Assembly (NCBI GenBank): GCA_036172245.1
Contig: JAYWIR010000002.1
Location: 4,588,001 to 4,652,000, forward strand
Length of the DNA: 64,000 bases
Source of the DNA: Raillietiella orientalis
Taxonomy: Eukaryota
Direction: 5' to 3'
Shown piece by piece: positions 1 to 13,499 of this stretch. Each line of letters begins with the position of its first letter. The first letter of the stretch is position 1. The notes under the pieces are model-generated. The model did not search any database, was not told where the DNA came from, and saw only the letters and a list, made by a program, of their open reading frames with translations. A program made the position numbers and the translations under genes.

Positions 1-1116
1 ACTTTCAATCCCGACTACTTAACGTGGGCATCCGAGGTGTCCGGCTTACACCAGTGCCTCACCCGAAGCCACGGCTAGATGGGAGATTACTTTGGAAATC
101 CCTGCAGGGGAAAAGGACTGGCGAGTGAACACGGGCCAGCTCACCGACACTGCGACCCTGATTGCTCCACCTCGCGGACTTTTGCACTGGGGCTTGGAGA
201 TTGGGTATTCCAGAAGACCTGAAGTGGCCCCGGTGCTCGTGAACACCCTCACCCTCCCCTTGAAGTGGCAGCAGTCGGCATTGATGCTGCTGCACTGGAC
301 CCTTCCGTTCAACGCCCGCCGGCATCGTTGAACAAGGGTGTTTGTGGATCCCAGCTGTGCAAGGTGCGGAAAGCGGCAATCCCTCCCGTGTCTGCTCGTG
401 GACTGTGTTGCCATCCGGCCCCTTTGGGAACGCTTTGCTGCGACCCTTGGAACCCCCAGCGGCAATGTCAGATATGTTCTTAGGCGGCTCCTCCTGGAAG
501 ACGCCCTCACTCCGGCCCCATCCCTAGCAGCACTGTGCTGCCCACGCGGCGGGACCGTGGCTGCATGGAGCAACGCCAGAGGAGGCCGGAACGACAGTGA
601 CCCCATCTATTTTGCTGTCCTCCTCGTGAGGACAGAGCCAATATGGCCCATCTGGGAACCATTAAACAGGAACTTGCCGGCATCCTCACAAGGATGCAGA
701 GAACACCCTCCAGCTCACGAGGATCCCTTCCGGAATCCCCTCATTTTTTCAACTATATGTTTTTTGTTTTATTTTTTGTCTCCTCTTCCCCTATGTTGCC
801 GAGGCAAACCCCGCTGGCCTGTGTGCTAGGTCCCGGCAGGTTCTTTTTAGTTGCAAGTAAGTGGCAGGATCAAACGTCCTGCCATTTTACTTGCAACTAT
901 CCACAGAGATTTATGTTTATTTTTTATAAATAAACGCCCCGGCGTGACTGGTTATTAACCACACCCGAATAGGCCGACCGTAGTCATCCTGCGAGGGGGG
1001 GGAGGGAATTGAGACCTATGACGCACCTCCATATCTCAGCATCGATCCTCCACGTTGGGAATTTGAACCCGCGGCGCTTTGTGCCTCGTGCGGGCACTGC
1101 AGCCTCGGCCGCCGCC
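1..1116 (-). mobile_element. tRNA-derived SINE copy (truncated by window edge) interrupted by a Tx1-like insert
   Basis: Minus-strand tRNA-like head with B box GGTTCAAATTCCC (1057-1069) and A-box-like TTGGCGGCGGCC. Bases 1-70 and 958-1116 match uninterrupted copies at 21.9-22.1 kb and 48.6-48.8 kb. Confidence 0.8.
71..957 (+). mobile_element. 5'-truncated L1/Tx1-clade retrotransposon 3' end (ORF2 C-terminus, defective)
   Basis: Translation WQQSALMLLHWTLP..*..CARCGKRQSLPCLLVDCVAIRPLW resembles the L1/Tx1 C-terminal zinc-finger region. It has a T-rich 3'UTR, a hairpin at 862-884, AATAAA at 929-934 and an in-frame TGA at 329-331. Confidence 0.8.
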
Positions 1117-2424
1117 AACGCGGACGTTTGGAGCGCCCACACCGTTTAGAGCGTTTGGAATCCGCTTTCGTGCTGGTTTCGAGTCAGCTCCTAGGAGAAA
1201 GCGTTTTTTCTCTACTAAATCGATCTGCGGGAATCCGAACAGACCGACCCGAATCACATTTCTGGACCAAAGCGACCAAGCGAGTGAAGCTGTGGTATGC
1301 AAGAGGTCAGACGCCGTTGGGTGCAGTCTTTTCGGTCTTCGGAGTAAAAATTCGATCCCCAGCCGAAAGCGAAGCGAACGCGCGTTCCCAGAAAACCGGA
1401 GATGTGGTTCCGGAGAGCGTCGGGGTTCTTGGTATGGAGTATTCCATGCGGCGCCAAAGAGAGCGCAGGACACCGCCTGCTGCTCGCATTGAGGAGGACG
1501 ATGAGCTGGATGCAAAGGACTCCATCCACAAGGAAAAAATCGAACGCTTGGTGGACATTTTGTGCTTCTTTAACAGCACGCTGCTGAACAAGAGAAGCGA
1601 AGAAGAAAAAAAAAGATCCAGAGGACGGATCTGCTTCCGGAGCGGACGTTTCGCGAAGGAAGAGCTGAAACCTTCCAAGGCGAAAGTGCGGCATCCGTAG
1701 ATCCGAGTCCGTCCTTCCCCCTTGGAGTCTGGGAGCATCCTTTCCGATCTAGAATTTCTTTCCTCACTATGGAGGATCACCGGGGACGCTCTCGCGGTCT
1801 ACACATCATTCACACTGGCGCTACATGATCTAGATCCAAGGCACATGGACGACGCGTACTGATTCAAAGCCGTCTTCTCCGGAACCCCGTTGCTTCTTCT
1901 TACTATTCCTCAGCTCCCATGAGTCACGCCACCGACTTCCTGGAACCACGGAAGGCTCGTGAATCTGCGGTGATGAAGAGTACGTGATTTGAATGTGTCG
2001 GGAAAAGAGAGAGAAGGAGAGGGAAAAGGACGCGATTGTTCTTAGTGATATAGCGCTTCATTAAATGGGACGTGTTCGACCCATCGCGCGGGAGCCCTTC
2101 GTGAGGGCAGACTGCTCGGATGAGACACTTTCATCTTCTTTTTCTTTTTTCTTTCGATTCGCCTGGCAACCGCGCGGTCGGATTGTCTCTTCGTGACGTC
2201 GACCAAGCACTTTTTTTTTTTTTTATCAGGAACTTCAAAAAAACAGCGCGTGACTCGCACCTACCGTATTATTTCCTTTGGCAAGTCCCTCCCACCTCCC
2301 CTTCCACCTTCTCAACATTTGGGATGTCCCTCGATCACGGCAGTCTCCAGGACCCAGAAGACGGGACACTCGGATTCTGGACGATGGAAAGAACAGAGCG
2401 AAAAAGACGAAACAAACAAACAAA

Positions 2425-3400
2425 CAAAGCGCGACTTCTCTCTTGACGCCAAAATGGTGGTCGAAGACGAGCGACTGCCAAACCTCAGGGGATTGGACGG
2501 AAGCGGTCAGCAGCAAGCATCATCATCGAGGGTGTTTCCAGATTGGCAGCTTCCAAGATCATCCATCCGAAAATAAATCACGAGCCGAGGTATCGCCCTT
2601 CTGAGGTCTACAAGAGTCGTCGCGACGCCCCTTGGTCTTTAGCTCGACAGAAAGCAAGCGCACTCTTCTCCCTTTGTTTCCTCCTTTCTTGTTCCCCCTT
2701 TCTCCGTCCTTACGTGGCGAGGCGATCTCTCTTTTGAGGGGTCGGGAGAACGGGTGCACCCATTCGTTTCCAGAAGACTTCAGGCGCGGACGCTCCAGCG
2801 AATCTCCTCCTCCGCGGAAGCGCAAAAACTCTTTGGTAACAGGGCGCCTGGAACAAATCAAAGATGCGGCGGAAGGAGGAGATGTCGGATTTCTGATCAT
2901 GAGCCTCAGCTGTGTGGAGATTTCAGAGGAACGCTAGCCGCTATCGGTCGGTTGTGGACCGCTCGTCTCGTCAGTACCCGGATGAGCAGCCCGCCGCTTA
3001 CGGGAGAGCACGCATGATCCGCATGCTCAGGCAGGCACGCTTTCCTTCGAAGGCATCGATTCGCAGCCGCGATGTCCCGGTCATCTGATTCCCGCGATGC
3101 CTTCCTGGATTTGCCTTTTCGGTAGATTGCTGCGGCCCTACACCGCGCGCCTCAACCCTCGTTTCAGGATAAGACGGGATGGAAAGAGAGAGGCGTGGGG
3201 AAGCAGAAAGGGAAAGCTTCAGCCTGTCGATTCGCTCTGTGGGTCGGAAAGATATCGTACGCAGGGGGGACCCCAATCGTTCTAGGAAAGAAACGGCCTA
3301 TTTCAGATAGGGTTTCGAACTATCCGAAGCACGACTGACTATCCCTACGATTCGGAAAGGGCGGCTATGTTTTCCGCTCTCCTCATTGCACTCTCCTTGA
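2425..3400 (+). pseudogene. Possible heavily decayed trypsin-family (S1A) serine protease
   Basis: Ordered degenerate motifs across frames: SLLTPKWWSKTSDC (~SLLTPxWVLTAAHC), SKIIHPKIN, SLVTGR..LSCVEISEER, SACSG, GGPQ..FQIG. Many frameshifts and stops. Confidence 0.35.
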
Positions 3401-3411
3401 GTGTGGGGTGG

Positions 3412-3960
3412 TCATGCTTGACGAAGTCCTACATAGCGGAGACAGGAGAACAGGGACAGCTTCAGGAGTTTCCAGGAACACCCGGGGAACGCGCTCACTG
3501 GGAGAAACTCGCGCGCGGGAGCGACCACCGAGGGTGTCTTAGGGGGGCAGGAGTGGATGGCCAACCCACGAACGTGAGCGAGCTCTCCTTCACAGGTCCC
3601 CAGATGGTATTCTGGTCGAGAAGTCAGCGAAGACGTGGTGGGCCCGATTCTCCACCTTTGGAGCTTCATCGACGAAGACGAACCGCTTTTTACGATGAAA
3701 GGAGTCATCATCGTGATGACGCCAGGATGATGCCGTCTTATTCCGTTACATGACTCCGTACGGAGCTGGCCGTCAAAATCTTCCGTCAGGCTTGGCATGG
3801 AGTCCTCATTCATCCGGCTGAAGGGCACTGCAGGTTTCTTGGAGGGCAGGGCGAGGCATCCCGTCAGATGGTGCGGTGTAAGTCTGCATTGCGGCCGGTG
3901 CAGCACCGGGAACGTCCTCGATGTCAGAGGACTTCGATTCATTAGGGGACGCGCCGCCAC
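3412..3960 (-). mobile_element. Possible Ty3/gypsy reverse transcriptase relic
   Basis: Weak motifs LPSKKPAVPFSRMNE (~MPFGLKNAPATFQRxMN) and VSAFPG (~VRxFLG) in the expected order. Confidence 0.25.
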
Positions 3961-5499
3961 GTTAATTACTGAACTCCAGAACCGGATTCACTTTCAGCTG
4001 ACGAAAGTGAATTTCGGGAGTCTGTGCTCCTGAAGGAGCTAAAAACTATCCATTTAGTTCTGAGTGGTCCACCAGAACTTTATGATTTGAAAGACAATAG
4101 AGAAAAAGCGATTTATCGGTACAATCAAATCAAATGATAGAGGGTTAGTAGAACAACTGCTAATGGTTCTTGTGGCGGATGACATAGAGATTGAGTTTTT
4201 CAACGAATCAGAGATGCTGCTGTCGTGTTTTCAGGAGCTCTCCGTGTGACTCGAGGTTCCTGTGAGTCAGGAGAAAGTCCCTCTTCAGCTGGTCTTCTCT
4301 CAGTCCCTGTCGCGTGAACATCTGCAACTTGTCGGAGCATTTAACGGAAGAAAGACTAAGCATCCCTTGCTGGAGGGTCAGAGGACCGCACGTTCTCAGT
4401 CAGTTAGGTTTTGAAGTTTTGAAAAGCTTCAGGACGCTGATCATTAAGGCGAAACTGATCATTTAGCTTTGATCGCTGGCTGTACTCGAGTTCGTCCTGA
4501 AATCTCCGTATGGCTGTATTGACCAATCCGTGGCTTTTCATGCTCCCTGTACCACGAGAGTCCACGTGGTGCAGTGGGCTGATTGGATTCCAGAATCTTT
4601 AATAGGGAATGTCGGGTGCATTGCACATGCATATTCAGAGGATGTCCTGAACAAGCGCTCGTTAATCACCAATCTCAGAAAGTGTTCCGAGATTAAGCCT
4701 TAATCTCGGAATACTTTTCCTTTCGTCAAATAACTCATTACTGCTACCAGTCACAATCTTCAGCTCTACAAAAAATTCCCCGTTTTCTGGATGCGTCCGT
4801 GATGCAATAGGGAGCAGGTTCCAACTCCAATTACCTCTGCGGAGCTCGGAATAAGATGCGACCACGGGGCACACGAGATCCTAACAGGTTCTCCGTCTCT
4901 AGTGATACCGCTGCTCATCCGATCTGCTTTGCATTTTCGTTTTTTTTGACCCGAGTGGTCTCGTGGCTCGGGTGCGCAAAGGTGGAAGGTGCTTTCTCAA
5001 GATTCTGGGAACGCATTCCCGCAACGGAATGCTTCTCAACCGATTTCTTCATGTCGTTTGCCGAATGTCATCAAGACGAACCGAAGAAAAGTGGTTTAAT
5101 TTACATACATACATACATACATGTAAATATATGTATATACATTGCTCTTTTTTTTTTTTTCCAGCAACTGTTTGGTTGTAATTAACTGTCAACCCAGTCC
5201 AAGTTTTTGATGGGTCAGCTATGCACTGCTTTCGAAACTTCAGCGAACACTAAAAAAAATAAATTAATTAATCTATTCATTTCAGTTCATATTTTTTATT
5301 GGCAACGGGAACCATTCCCAACTTGTATTCATGATTCTGCTTCAAGATGATCTGATTAGAAGAGCTTGGACTGCGCCCGCCTTCGGCCGCCTAAGCACGT
5401 TTGCCCTGTGCCTCTTGGAAAGAAATCCAGAAGGCGGGTCAACAAGACACCTTGTGAAGATCAGGTGAGTCGCAAATGGAAATATCCTAAGGATGGTTC

Positions 5500-6200
5500 C
5501 GAAAAGGACCTCGAGCACCCAGTTTCAGGATTTCCTCGTTTCCAAGCTGCATCGCTCCGGTCCGGATGGAAATTCGCCTGCTGCTGCTTTTCCGGGACCA
5601 CTCTTCTGCTGAAGGTTCATCTTCGATGCTGCGGGGCGGGAGCGGCGCGCACTCGCCCGGCTGCGGCAGAAGCGGGAATGCTTCGCGGTTGCTTGGGAAC
5701 CCACCCTCACGAATATGCTTCCAGGAGCGAAGGCAGTCCGGAATCCGAGGAAGCCGTGCCTACCTTGGACAAGGCAGCACTGGCCCTTGTTGACGCTGTC
5801 CCCAGCGACCTGAAAGATGAAACTCCTTACTCGAAGATCCAGGTGCTAGCGGCATGAAGCGGGAGGCCGTCAGCTCGAATTCGATGCCGTGGTGAGGGAA
5901 TTTGCTGAGCGACGGACTTTGCCGCCCCGCCCCTCCCTTAGCAACATCCGGAGAGCTTACGGTGGAAGCGGCGGCCACGGCAATAGGCCGGACGGGCGGT
6001 GCCGGATCGAAATCCGGAGCTGCTTGAAGAACAAAGAGGGCGGCAGCAGCCGCTGGAGGAAGACGCTTGGGGCTCTCCAGCGCAATCTCGCTCCAGGAGT
6101 CCCCTTTCAGCTTGTTTTCTTTGTGTAGGGAACCAGCGCAGGTGAATCTGTGGGGCGAAGAGCCGATTCGCGTTCATCTTTTGCTGGTTCATCTTTGGGA
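5500..6200 (-). mobile_element. Decayed L1/Tx1 ORF2 fragment (post-RT region)
   Basis: Minus-strand translation LDLRVRSFIFQ..CCLVQGRHGFLGF resembles the 'FxW....L..P...GGLG' motif. Confidence 0.35.
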
Positions 6201-6329
6201 GGAGGGAGGAACGAGGTAACTCTTTAGCCGCGCAGCCCCGTGCTCTTCCTTAGCGTCGTCACTTTCCTGCCTTTTTTGGGAAAAGGGGGGGACTTAAGGT
6301 TCTTCTTTGGGGGGGGGGGGGAAGGGGTC

Positions 6330-7212
6330 CTCTAAGTACTGAAGAACCGGTTGCCCCCTTTAGTAGGGACGTCGGAGATGCTCAACGACGATGCCATGTG
6401 GACGGCTCACAAACCTCCTTAAAGCCATTGTCCGCGCTGCACGAAGGCTCGTGCAGCTTAGCCAGGAGCCCGCCCCGTAGGAATGCCCTGGTTAACCGTG
6501 GAAGGGCTCGTGAGGGAGGAGCCCTTTCCCTCTCGCTCTTAGGGGGGGAAGGGGGGAATCTCAAAGGAAACCCGCGCTCTGGTTGTCTCCGAAGGGAGCC
6601 CCGAACCTACTCTTCATTCTTTCCGGAGGGATGCCCCGGTTTTGGGGGGCTGCTCCTCTTGTCTTCTCCGAAGGGAACCCGGAAAGGGTCCTCTCCTGGA
6701 ATTTTTTCTCCAGAGGGACCACCGGAAAGGAATCGTTCCCTGCTTCCCCCTCCTCTGAAGAGAGAACCCCAAGGGATGCTTCCCATTTTCTCTGAGGGGC
6801 GCCTCCCCGAGGGGAGCAGAGCACTTCTCCTTAACACTCTGAGGAGCCGACTCCCCGGAGGGGAATACTGACCAGCTACATGGTGCGCAATGGAGGGTCA
6901 CTCCGAGGGGAGGGACGACTCCATTTTCCCAAACGGAGGGGAGTTCCGAAGGATTCCTCGATTCCCGGAAGGACCTCGGAAGGGCAACTTCCGATCCCGG
7001 AGGTCGGTCAACGGGGGGTATCAGAGGGGTTCCAGCTCTCACCAGGGTTGCATTCGAAGCCCTTGTGGCAACCGGCGTCATCCTGCAGGGAGATCACTCG
7101 AAAGCCACGACGCACCCCCCATTTCTCGGCGTGTATCCTTCCCCCGGGAGGGACTCGAGCCCGCAGCGCTCGGTTCCACGCGGAGAGACCGCGGTCGCAC
7201 GACCACCAACGC
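6330..7212 (-). mobile_element. tRNA-derived SINE, near full length, empty target site
   Basis: Head with degenerate B box (GGGCTCGAGTCCC on minus, ~7150-7162), ~40-bp internal tandem units at 6580-6820, homologous to the 21.3-22.1 kb copy. Confidence 0.8.
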
Positions 7213-8779
7213 GGGTCAAGCTGACTCTCAGAATCTTCGGTCTGGAACAGCGTTCGTCATCCGACTTGGAACGCATTCTCCAGGCATACTGAGGCATTTC
7301 CATGGTTTTTCCTGATGCTACACGCGTATTCGTAAATGTCACCTTGGCTTCCCTTCGTCAGACCACGAGGTGAGGATCCTCCTCCTTTGGCTTGGCGGAG
7401 AAGAAGCCACCTCCGTGCTCCGCATGGATGCCGCGAGCTCCAGGGCAAACAGGGCAAACCCGACCCGAGGCTTGGGATGCTCCCTCGTCTCGGGAATTTT
7501 CGCTCCAGCTCTGTGTGACGCTCCCGGCGCAGGAGGCACCGGCGGCGATGGGTTCCAAAGTAACGTGGCTCCGCCGCTCGGTTGTCTTGTGGCGAAGCCT
7601 CGGCTCTCAGCAGCGAATGTCTTCGAGCAGGCCCTCGAGAGGGAAATCAGACGAAGACACCACGGACGCACAGATCGGTGGAGCTTGGTGGTGCAACGCA
7701 GGGTGCACAGCGTCTTCCGCAAAGTGGCGCGCGCGACCCTGGTTTTTTTTTAAGGGGAGGGGATCCCCTCGAAGCATCCGCTTTTCTTTCATGAGCACCG
7801 TCCATCCGCCTTGACGTCTCGCGCTTTTGCTTTCTCGGGAAGAAGAAAAAAAGACCCTTCCATCGCGTTCCCCAGCGGAAGGTGCACGCACGGACTGGCC
7901 GCTGAATAGCAGCTGGTGAATGACCAACTGGACGCCAGCCTTCTGTCAGCATCGCCTTTGTTTCGTTCTTTCCCTCTGAAGGATTTACAGCAACGAAGAG
8001 GAATTTACGAGCTTAGCAGCAAGCAACAAAGGGCGCTGGTTCCCTGAGAAGGGGGGGGGGCGGTCTTTGCAGCCTGAGTACACGAGGGGGGAGGTCACAC
8101 GGGAAGGGCTCTATCCAGAACACGCGGTCCAGAGCTTAAGCGAGGCGCACCTGCTCGCGGTCTGGCACCACGGCTGCAGAGCCATGGGTGACGTCTCCGA
8201 AAATGCTAACAGCCGCGGTTCTTCGAGGGGGATGCAGGCCCCGTGGGGACTCGTCTCGGCGAGAACTCTCCCCCCTTCCCCCCGCTAGGGAGGGAAACGA
8301 GGAGCGGCCTTGGAAGGATGTCGCGAGGCGCGCGCATCTGGAAAGAGGAGAAAAAAGACAACTAGCTGCTAGCGTTCGAAAGACGACGCTGATGACGTGA
8401 AGAGGAGGAAGAGGAAGAAGAAAATTCCGATCTGATCGCGTTTCCTCCTCGAGTTCGGGATCTCCAGAATCGCTTTCAATTTATGGAGTGTTGCCGGTAG
8501 TTTTTTGGAAGGGTGGAGGAGTTACCTGCAAAATTCAACGATAACTCTTAACGCGGACGTTTTATGGACCAGCGGCACGTAACTCTTCGTTCCTAGCGGC
8601 ACACTCCTTAAATCTTGCTTTATCTCGTCATCTTGAAAGTCATGTGGCGGTTGGTCCAGCTCGGTCACCGAACGCGAAAGTGTGATGGCACTGCGTGTCC
8701 TTGGTGAGACGGTAAGGGGAATCGTAGAGACAGAAAGAGAAATCGCAGAGATGCGTTCCTTACTTCCCATCCGTCCCAT

Positions 8780-9215
8780 CCCGTAGAAGAATCGACGCTG
8801 CGGGTGGGTGCGTCGTCGCGCGGGTCTTGACGCTGGTTGGCTCACTGCCTTCGGGTGCGGAAGACCGCCGCGACTCTCGCGCGCGCACCGGAGACCGAGT
8901 GTCTCCGCTGACCATCTGGGATCGGAAACAGCTTCCCGGGTCCTTCAAGGAGTTACGGAGCTTCGGGAGTCTCCTCCACCCCTCCCACCGGCTTGTGTCA
9001 TGTAGTCGACCGCTACCCTCGGAAGATTCCTCTCCAGAATGTTGGAAACCTTCCCTTCGGGGAAGCTCCTCAGAAAAGTAATAAAGGAGCGGTTCCCCTC
9101 GGGATTCCCTGCCAAACAAGCGTAAGGAAGGAACGGGGACTCCTCCAGAGCCTTCCTGGATTCATGGAGTGTTCCCTTTAACTCGAGGAGTGATACGCAC
9201 TCTCTGGTGGCGTGG
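8780..9215 (+). mobile_element. SINE copy, head decayed and internally deleted
   Basis: TTCGGGTGCGG core at ~8850, CTTCCCTTCGGGGAAG at 9050-9065, and CCTTCCTGGATTCATGG..AACTCGAGGAGTGATACGCACTCTCTGGTGGC match the family. Confidence 0.65.
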
Positions 9216-9221
9216 AATGGC

Positions 9222-9725
9222 ATCCAGTCACGCCGGGGCGTTTATCTATTAAAAATAAAACTTTGACGTCAGTGGCAGGACCTTTGACCCTGCCATGTTA
9301 CTTATAACTCCGAGAAGGAACCTGTCGGGAACTGGCACGCAGGTCAGCGGGGTTCGCCTCGGCAGCACAGCGAAAGGGCAGACAAACAAAAAGGAAAAAA
9401 ATAAAACAAAAAAAGGAAAGGGGAGAGGTTTGGAAAGGGATCACTGTGTGCTGGAGGGTGACCTCTGCATCCTTGTGAGGATGCCCGCAAGTTTTGTTTC
9501 GAGACTCTCGGATGGGGTCATCTTGACGCTATCCTCATAAAGAAAACAGCAAAATAGATGGCGTCTTTGTCATCCTGGCTCCTCTGGCGTTTTGCTCTAT
9601 GCAGCCACGATCCTACCCCGTGGCCAGCAAAGTGCTGCTAGGGATGCAGCAGGTGTGAGGGCGTCGCGCGAAAATAGGCGCTTCAAAACGTCTCTGGGGT
9701 TGCTATCGGAGATCCACAGGGATGC
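9222..9725 (-). mobile_element. L1/Tx1 3'-end copy (diverged)
   Basis: Minus translation DVLKRLFSRDALTPAASLAALCWPRGRIVAA matches the 71-957 copy. Same terminal CGCCCCGGCGTGACTGG and 3' hairpin (9272-9295). Confidence 0.8.
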
Positions 9726-10329
9726 GCTCTCATATGGAGCGGAGGGCAGCACAATGGCGTGGATCGGATGGCGCGGATGGTGCCATAGAGCTTTGTGCGC
9801 TCCTCCCCCCCGAGGAGGCGAATGGTTCTTCATATGTCTTTGATTCCCCCCTTCCAAAAGATCTGAGAGCAGAGCAGCAAAAAAACGGAAGGAGATCCTC
9901 GGAATAGGACGCAGCAGCGATTTCCGCTTTCATCAGCGAAACTGCTCAGGGTCCGCGCCATGTTCCTTCCTGCCTTCCCTCGCGATGCCTCGGGGTCGCG
10001 AGTAGCTTGGGGCACTGTGCATCATGCCGCGCGCTGGACCGGCTTCGGAAGGGTTTCATTTCCGTTTTTGTGTTCCAGGACGCCAGGACGCTTTCTTCTC
10101 GCTGCCACTCGCGTTTTCATCGCCGGCCGAGGGAGCGCCTCTCCGATAATTCCGCGAAGAAAGAACGGCTCTTCCGTAATTCGAAATTCCCTTCGGAGAC
10201 AACCAGGGAGAAGGCTCCCTTAAAGGGGATTTACCCCCACCCACCCCCACCTCCTGTCAAAAAAAAAAAAAAAAAGGTAGCAGATCTACCGAGACTAAAG
10301 ACATAAATCGCAATGGGAAGCAAGGGACT

Positions 10330-11050
10330 CCTCTCATACCTCTGAGCATCGGTTAAAGAGCGGCAGGTGTTCTCTGAAAAGGTGGACCGGAAACGCTTGG
10401 GAAGAGGTCAACATCGGGGTCGGAACCGAAACGCGTCTTCGAGCTTGCAGCATCCCGAAACACGCAGTTGAGGGCACGTCAGATCGGGTAGATGGTGGTG
10501 CTTGCGCTGGTGCCGCCGCGCGCATGAGGCCGAGACGCAGGGACGAGCAGATCGCAGTCGTGTCCATGCTGCAGAAGCTTCCGTGGAGGATCGCCTGCGC
10601 GACCTGGCTCGAAGCCCCTCCGAGCCAGACAAAAAAAAAAGCAAAAACGAAAACAAAACCCCTGTCCCGTGCTGCGTAGCCTGCATTTCTAGCCCCTGAG
10701 CCCCTTTTCCCGGACGAGACGAGGCATTTTCTTTCGTGGTGGGCATTTGCTTTCCGAGTGCTTTTCTCTTGTCCGAAGACGGATGCCCCGGGAGCTACTG
10801 GGGTGAACGTGCTGGTGGTGTCGGACGCAACCGAATTTCCCGAAGAGCGCGAAGGCCAGCGATTCCTCCGCTGGAAAAACGCTCCTGGCAGGTGGTGGCG
10901 ATCGAGCGGAGATGCCGCTCGGCCAGGGAGGAAGGAGCTCCATCTCGGAGGAGCACGCACAGGAGCGCCTTGGTCAGCTCCTTCAGGTCGAGAATTCCGA
11001 CGACACACCCCAGCGTGTGCGACAACTCTTCCGTCTCTCGGATTCAGGTT
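10330..11050 (-). mobile_element. Decayed L1/Tx1 RT fragment
   Basis: Degenerate motifs LKELTKAL..RDG and LARRGFEPGR (~LDQEKAFDRV) in RT order, upstream of the 9.2-9.7 kb 3' end on the same strand. Confidence 0.4.
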
Positions 11051-13499
11051 GGCTGGTCCTCTGTTCCGTTGAGGAGGGCTTGCTGTCACTATGATAAATT
11101 TGCGACATAATAAGATAACCCTTGCTTGTAAATCTCAGTGTTTATGGAGATAAAAGATGTTTTTGTTGAAGGATCTGCTACCGTTCTTCCAAGAAGAAAG
11201 AGGAAAAAAATGGTGAAAATGCCAAAATTCATTTTATGGCCAGACTGGTATTTTAATACTGGTATTTTCTCCGTGCTTCAGTGCGTGAGAGAAAGGAATC
11301 GCGTCGACATTAGTGGGACCCTAAGAGTAGGGAACCAAGGATTGGATGCAACGGTCAGCGTAGTTCTTTCTCAGGAAGGAAGGAAGAAAAAAAAAACCTG
11401 CCAAGGTAAAGCTTCTCGTCTCTGAAGCTCGTTCAGGGAGAGAAACACGGCGAGGAAGGAAGCCGAGGAGGCACAAAGACTGGAAAAATTCCTCAGGAGC
11501 GGGAGTGGTGCAACGGCTGCAAGAAGTTTATCGGCAGCATCCTGGAGAGGATTTCTGCGAGCCCTATTGGACAGTCCGTCCACTTTCAGGAAACTGCCGC
11601 GCTAGGAAATTCTTTGACCACGGAGCGATTTCAGAAACGCGTCGTCCGTCACTTTCGGCATCAACGCGCCCCGTGAATCTTTTTGATCGCGGCGTGGTCA
11701 AATCACGGAGGGATCAGCAGCGGCGTTCCTATTTTCTTTGGTGGCGAAATCACGGAGTTCGCCGGACCTCGAATCTCAAGTTTCTGTGAAAAAGAATTCC
11801 ACCCGAGACGCCATGTTATCCAAGGATTGTCATAGAGGTCTGTTACTTCAGGGTCATCATCTCATTACGTTAGAAAGCGAGGCAGAGACGCAGCAGTAGC
11901 ACCCAAGAAAAACAAAATGCAGAGGCAGTACGTTCGATATGCTCTATTGGAGGGACACCAAAGAGACCTTCGTCTCTTGAAATCAGCCAGTAGGCAGCTG
12001 CACGTGGGTCGGAGAAGAATCACCACAGACAGAGGGAATTTCCCTGACTGCCACCACCACAGCGGGAGCAATCTGTGCAAAACTCATGAGCACGAAAAAA
12101 ATCTATTTGAAGGTCACAAGTCGTGATGCCAGAAGGGGATGCTGGATTAGTTTTCCACATTCAGTAGGGCGTAACACGTTTGGCACACGATCACTAGACG
12201 GTTATCTCACCAGACGGTTATCATTCGGAAGATTTTCTCCGAAGAATCATGGAAAAGTGGCGTAAAAGTGATAAATAGAACTCCAATGAGAAACGAGGAA
12301 CTCTTGCGAGACCTCCTTGGGCAGCACGCGGGCTTTGGAATTACAAGTCTAATGAGGAATGAGATTTAAGCAGCTTTCTCATCCAAGAAGACAAGAAAAT
12401 GATCCCTTGAGATGCAACAGCTCATCTGGAAGAACGTTGAAGCTTCCTCTGACAGTGCATTTTCCGAAACATGCTTCCACGTGTGGGAGCGATCGTAAGG
12501 TTGTGTTGCTTGCCATTTTTTTACCTCGAGACCTCAGGAGCAGAAAGCAACTCAAGGAACAAATCTGAAATCAATATTCAAGCATGTCGACGTTTTCACG
12601 GATTTCCATTCTGAAGCATCTGAGGTACAGAACCAAGAAAGATGCAGATACATTCGAAGGAGACATTCTAAAGGAGAAGACGGCCTTAGAAAGGATTGGA
12701 TGACCATTCAGCTACGGCCGAAATGAGGTTTTCCAAGCGATTGTCTTATCATTCTTTTTAAGTCTAAATCACAGCGATCTCTTGGATATGTCATTTGACG
12801 ATGTGCAGATGAAAAGGAAAAACTGAACGAAGTTTCCCTGCATCTCGTGCGAGCACCGCCAGAGGGATTACCAGGGTCTTAATTTCTTTGGCTCACTGCC
12901 TTATTCGATTTTTCTTGTGCTGTAAAACAATCTTTAAAAAGGCGTTCTATATTGAGAAGACGTTTCCATCACCGTCTTAGAGAGACTGGAGAAGAAAATG
13001 ACGGAAATTCTCTTCAACTCCTTATCTCTCTCTCTCTCTCTTTTTCCCCCTCTTTTTTCTTTCTCCTTTTATTGTTTGGCTTGAGTTTAGAAAATTCTGA
13101 CTGGATTGATTGATCTGAAAATCTGAAGCGGAGAAACCGCCGCTCGTTTTTCCTGATCCGAGAAAAATCATTCAAGAATGAACAGTCAGAGAATCGGTGA
13201 GAATTGAGTATGAGACGGCACCAGAGGAAAATGTGGAAATTCGTTGATATTGATAACAGCATCATGCCCGGGGCAAACGAAAGGAAGGTCCAGGCATCCC
13301 CCCGTAAGCCAAGCTCAGGCGGGCTGCATTGCTAACTACAGCTGTCCACCTTCAAGACCGTTTGGTAGGTAGGACTGTGTTGTCGTAGTTACTTCTCCGT
13401 ATATGGGAAGGGCTGGGAAGGAAAGCCATGGAAAAAGTGACCTCTGGGTCAGAGGACTCTGATGATGAGTTGTGGATTCACCTATAGTGGGATCAATAT

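Noticed and set aside
6580-6820. CRISPR-like array
   Set aside because: Units are degenerate tandem repeats without unique spacers, recur within a dispersed element, and no cas genes are present.
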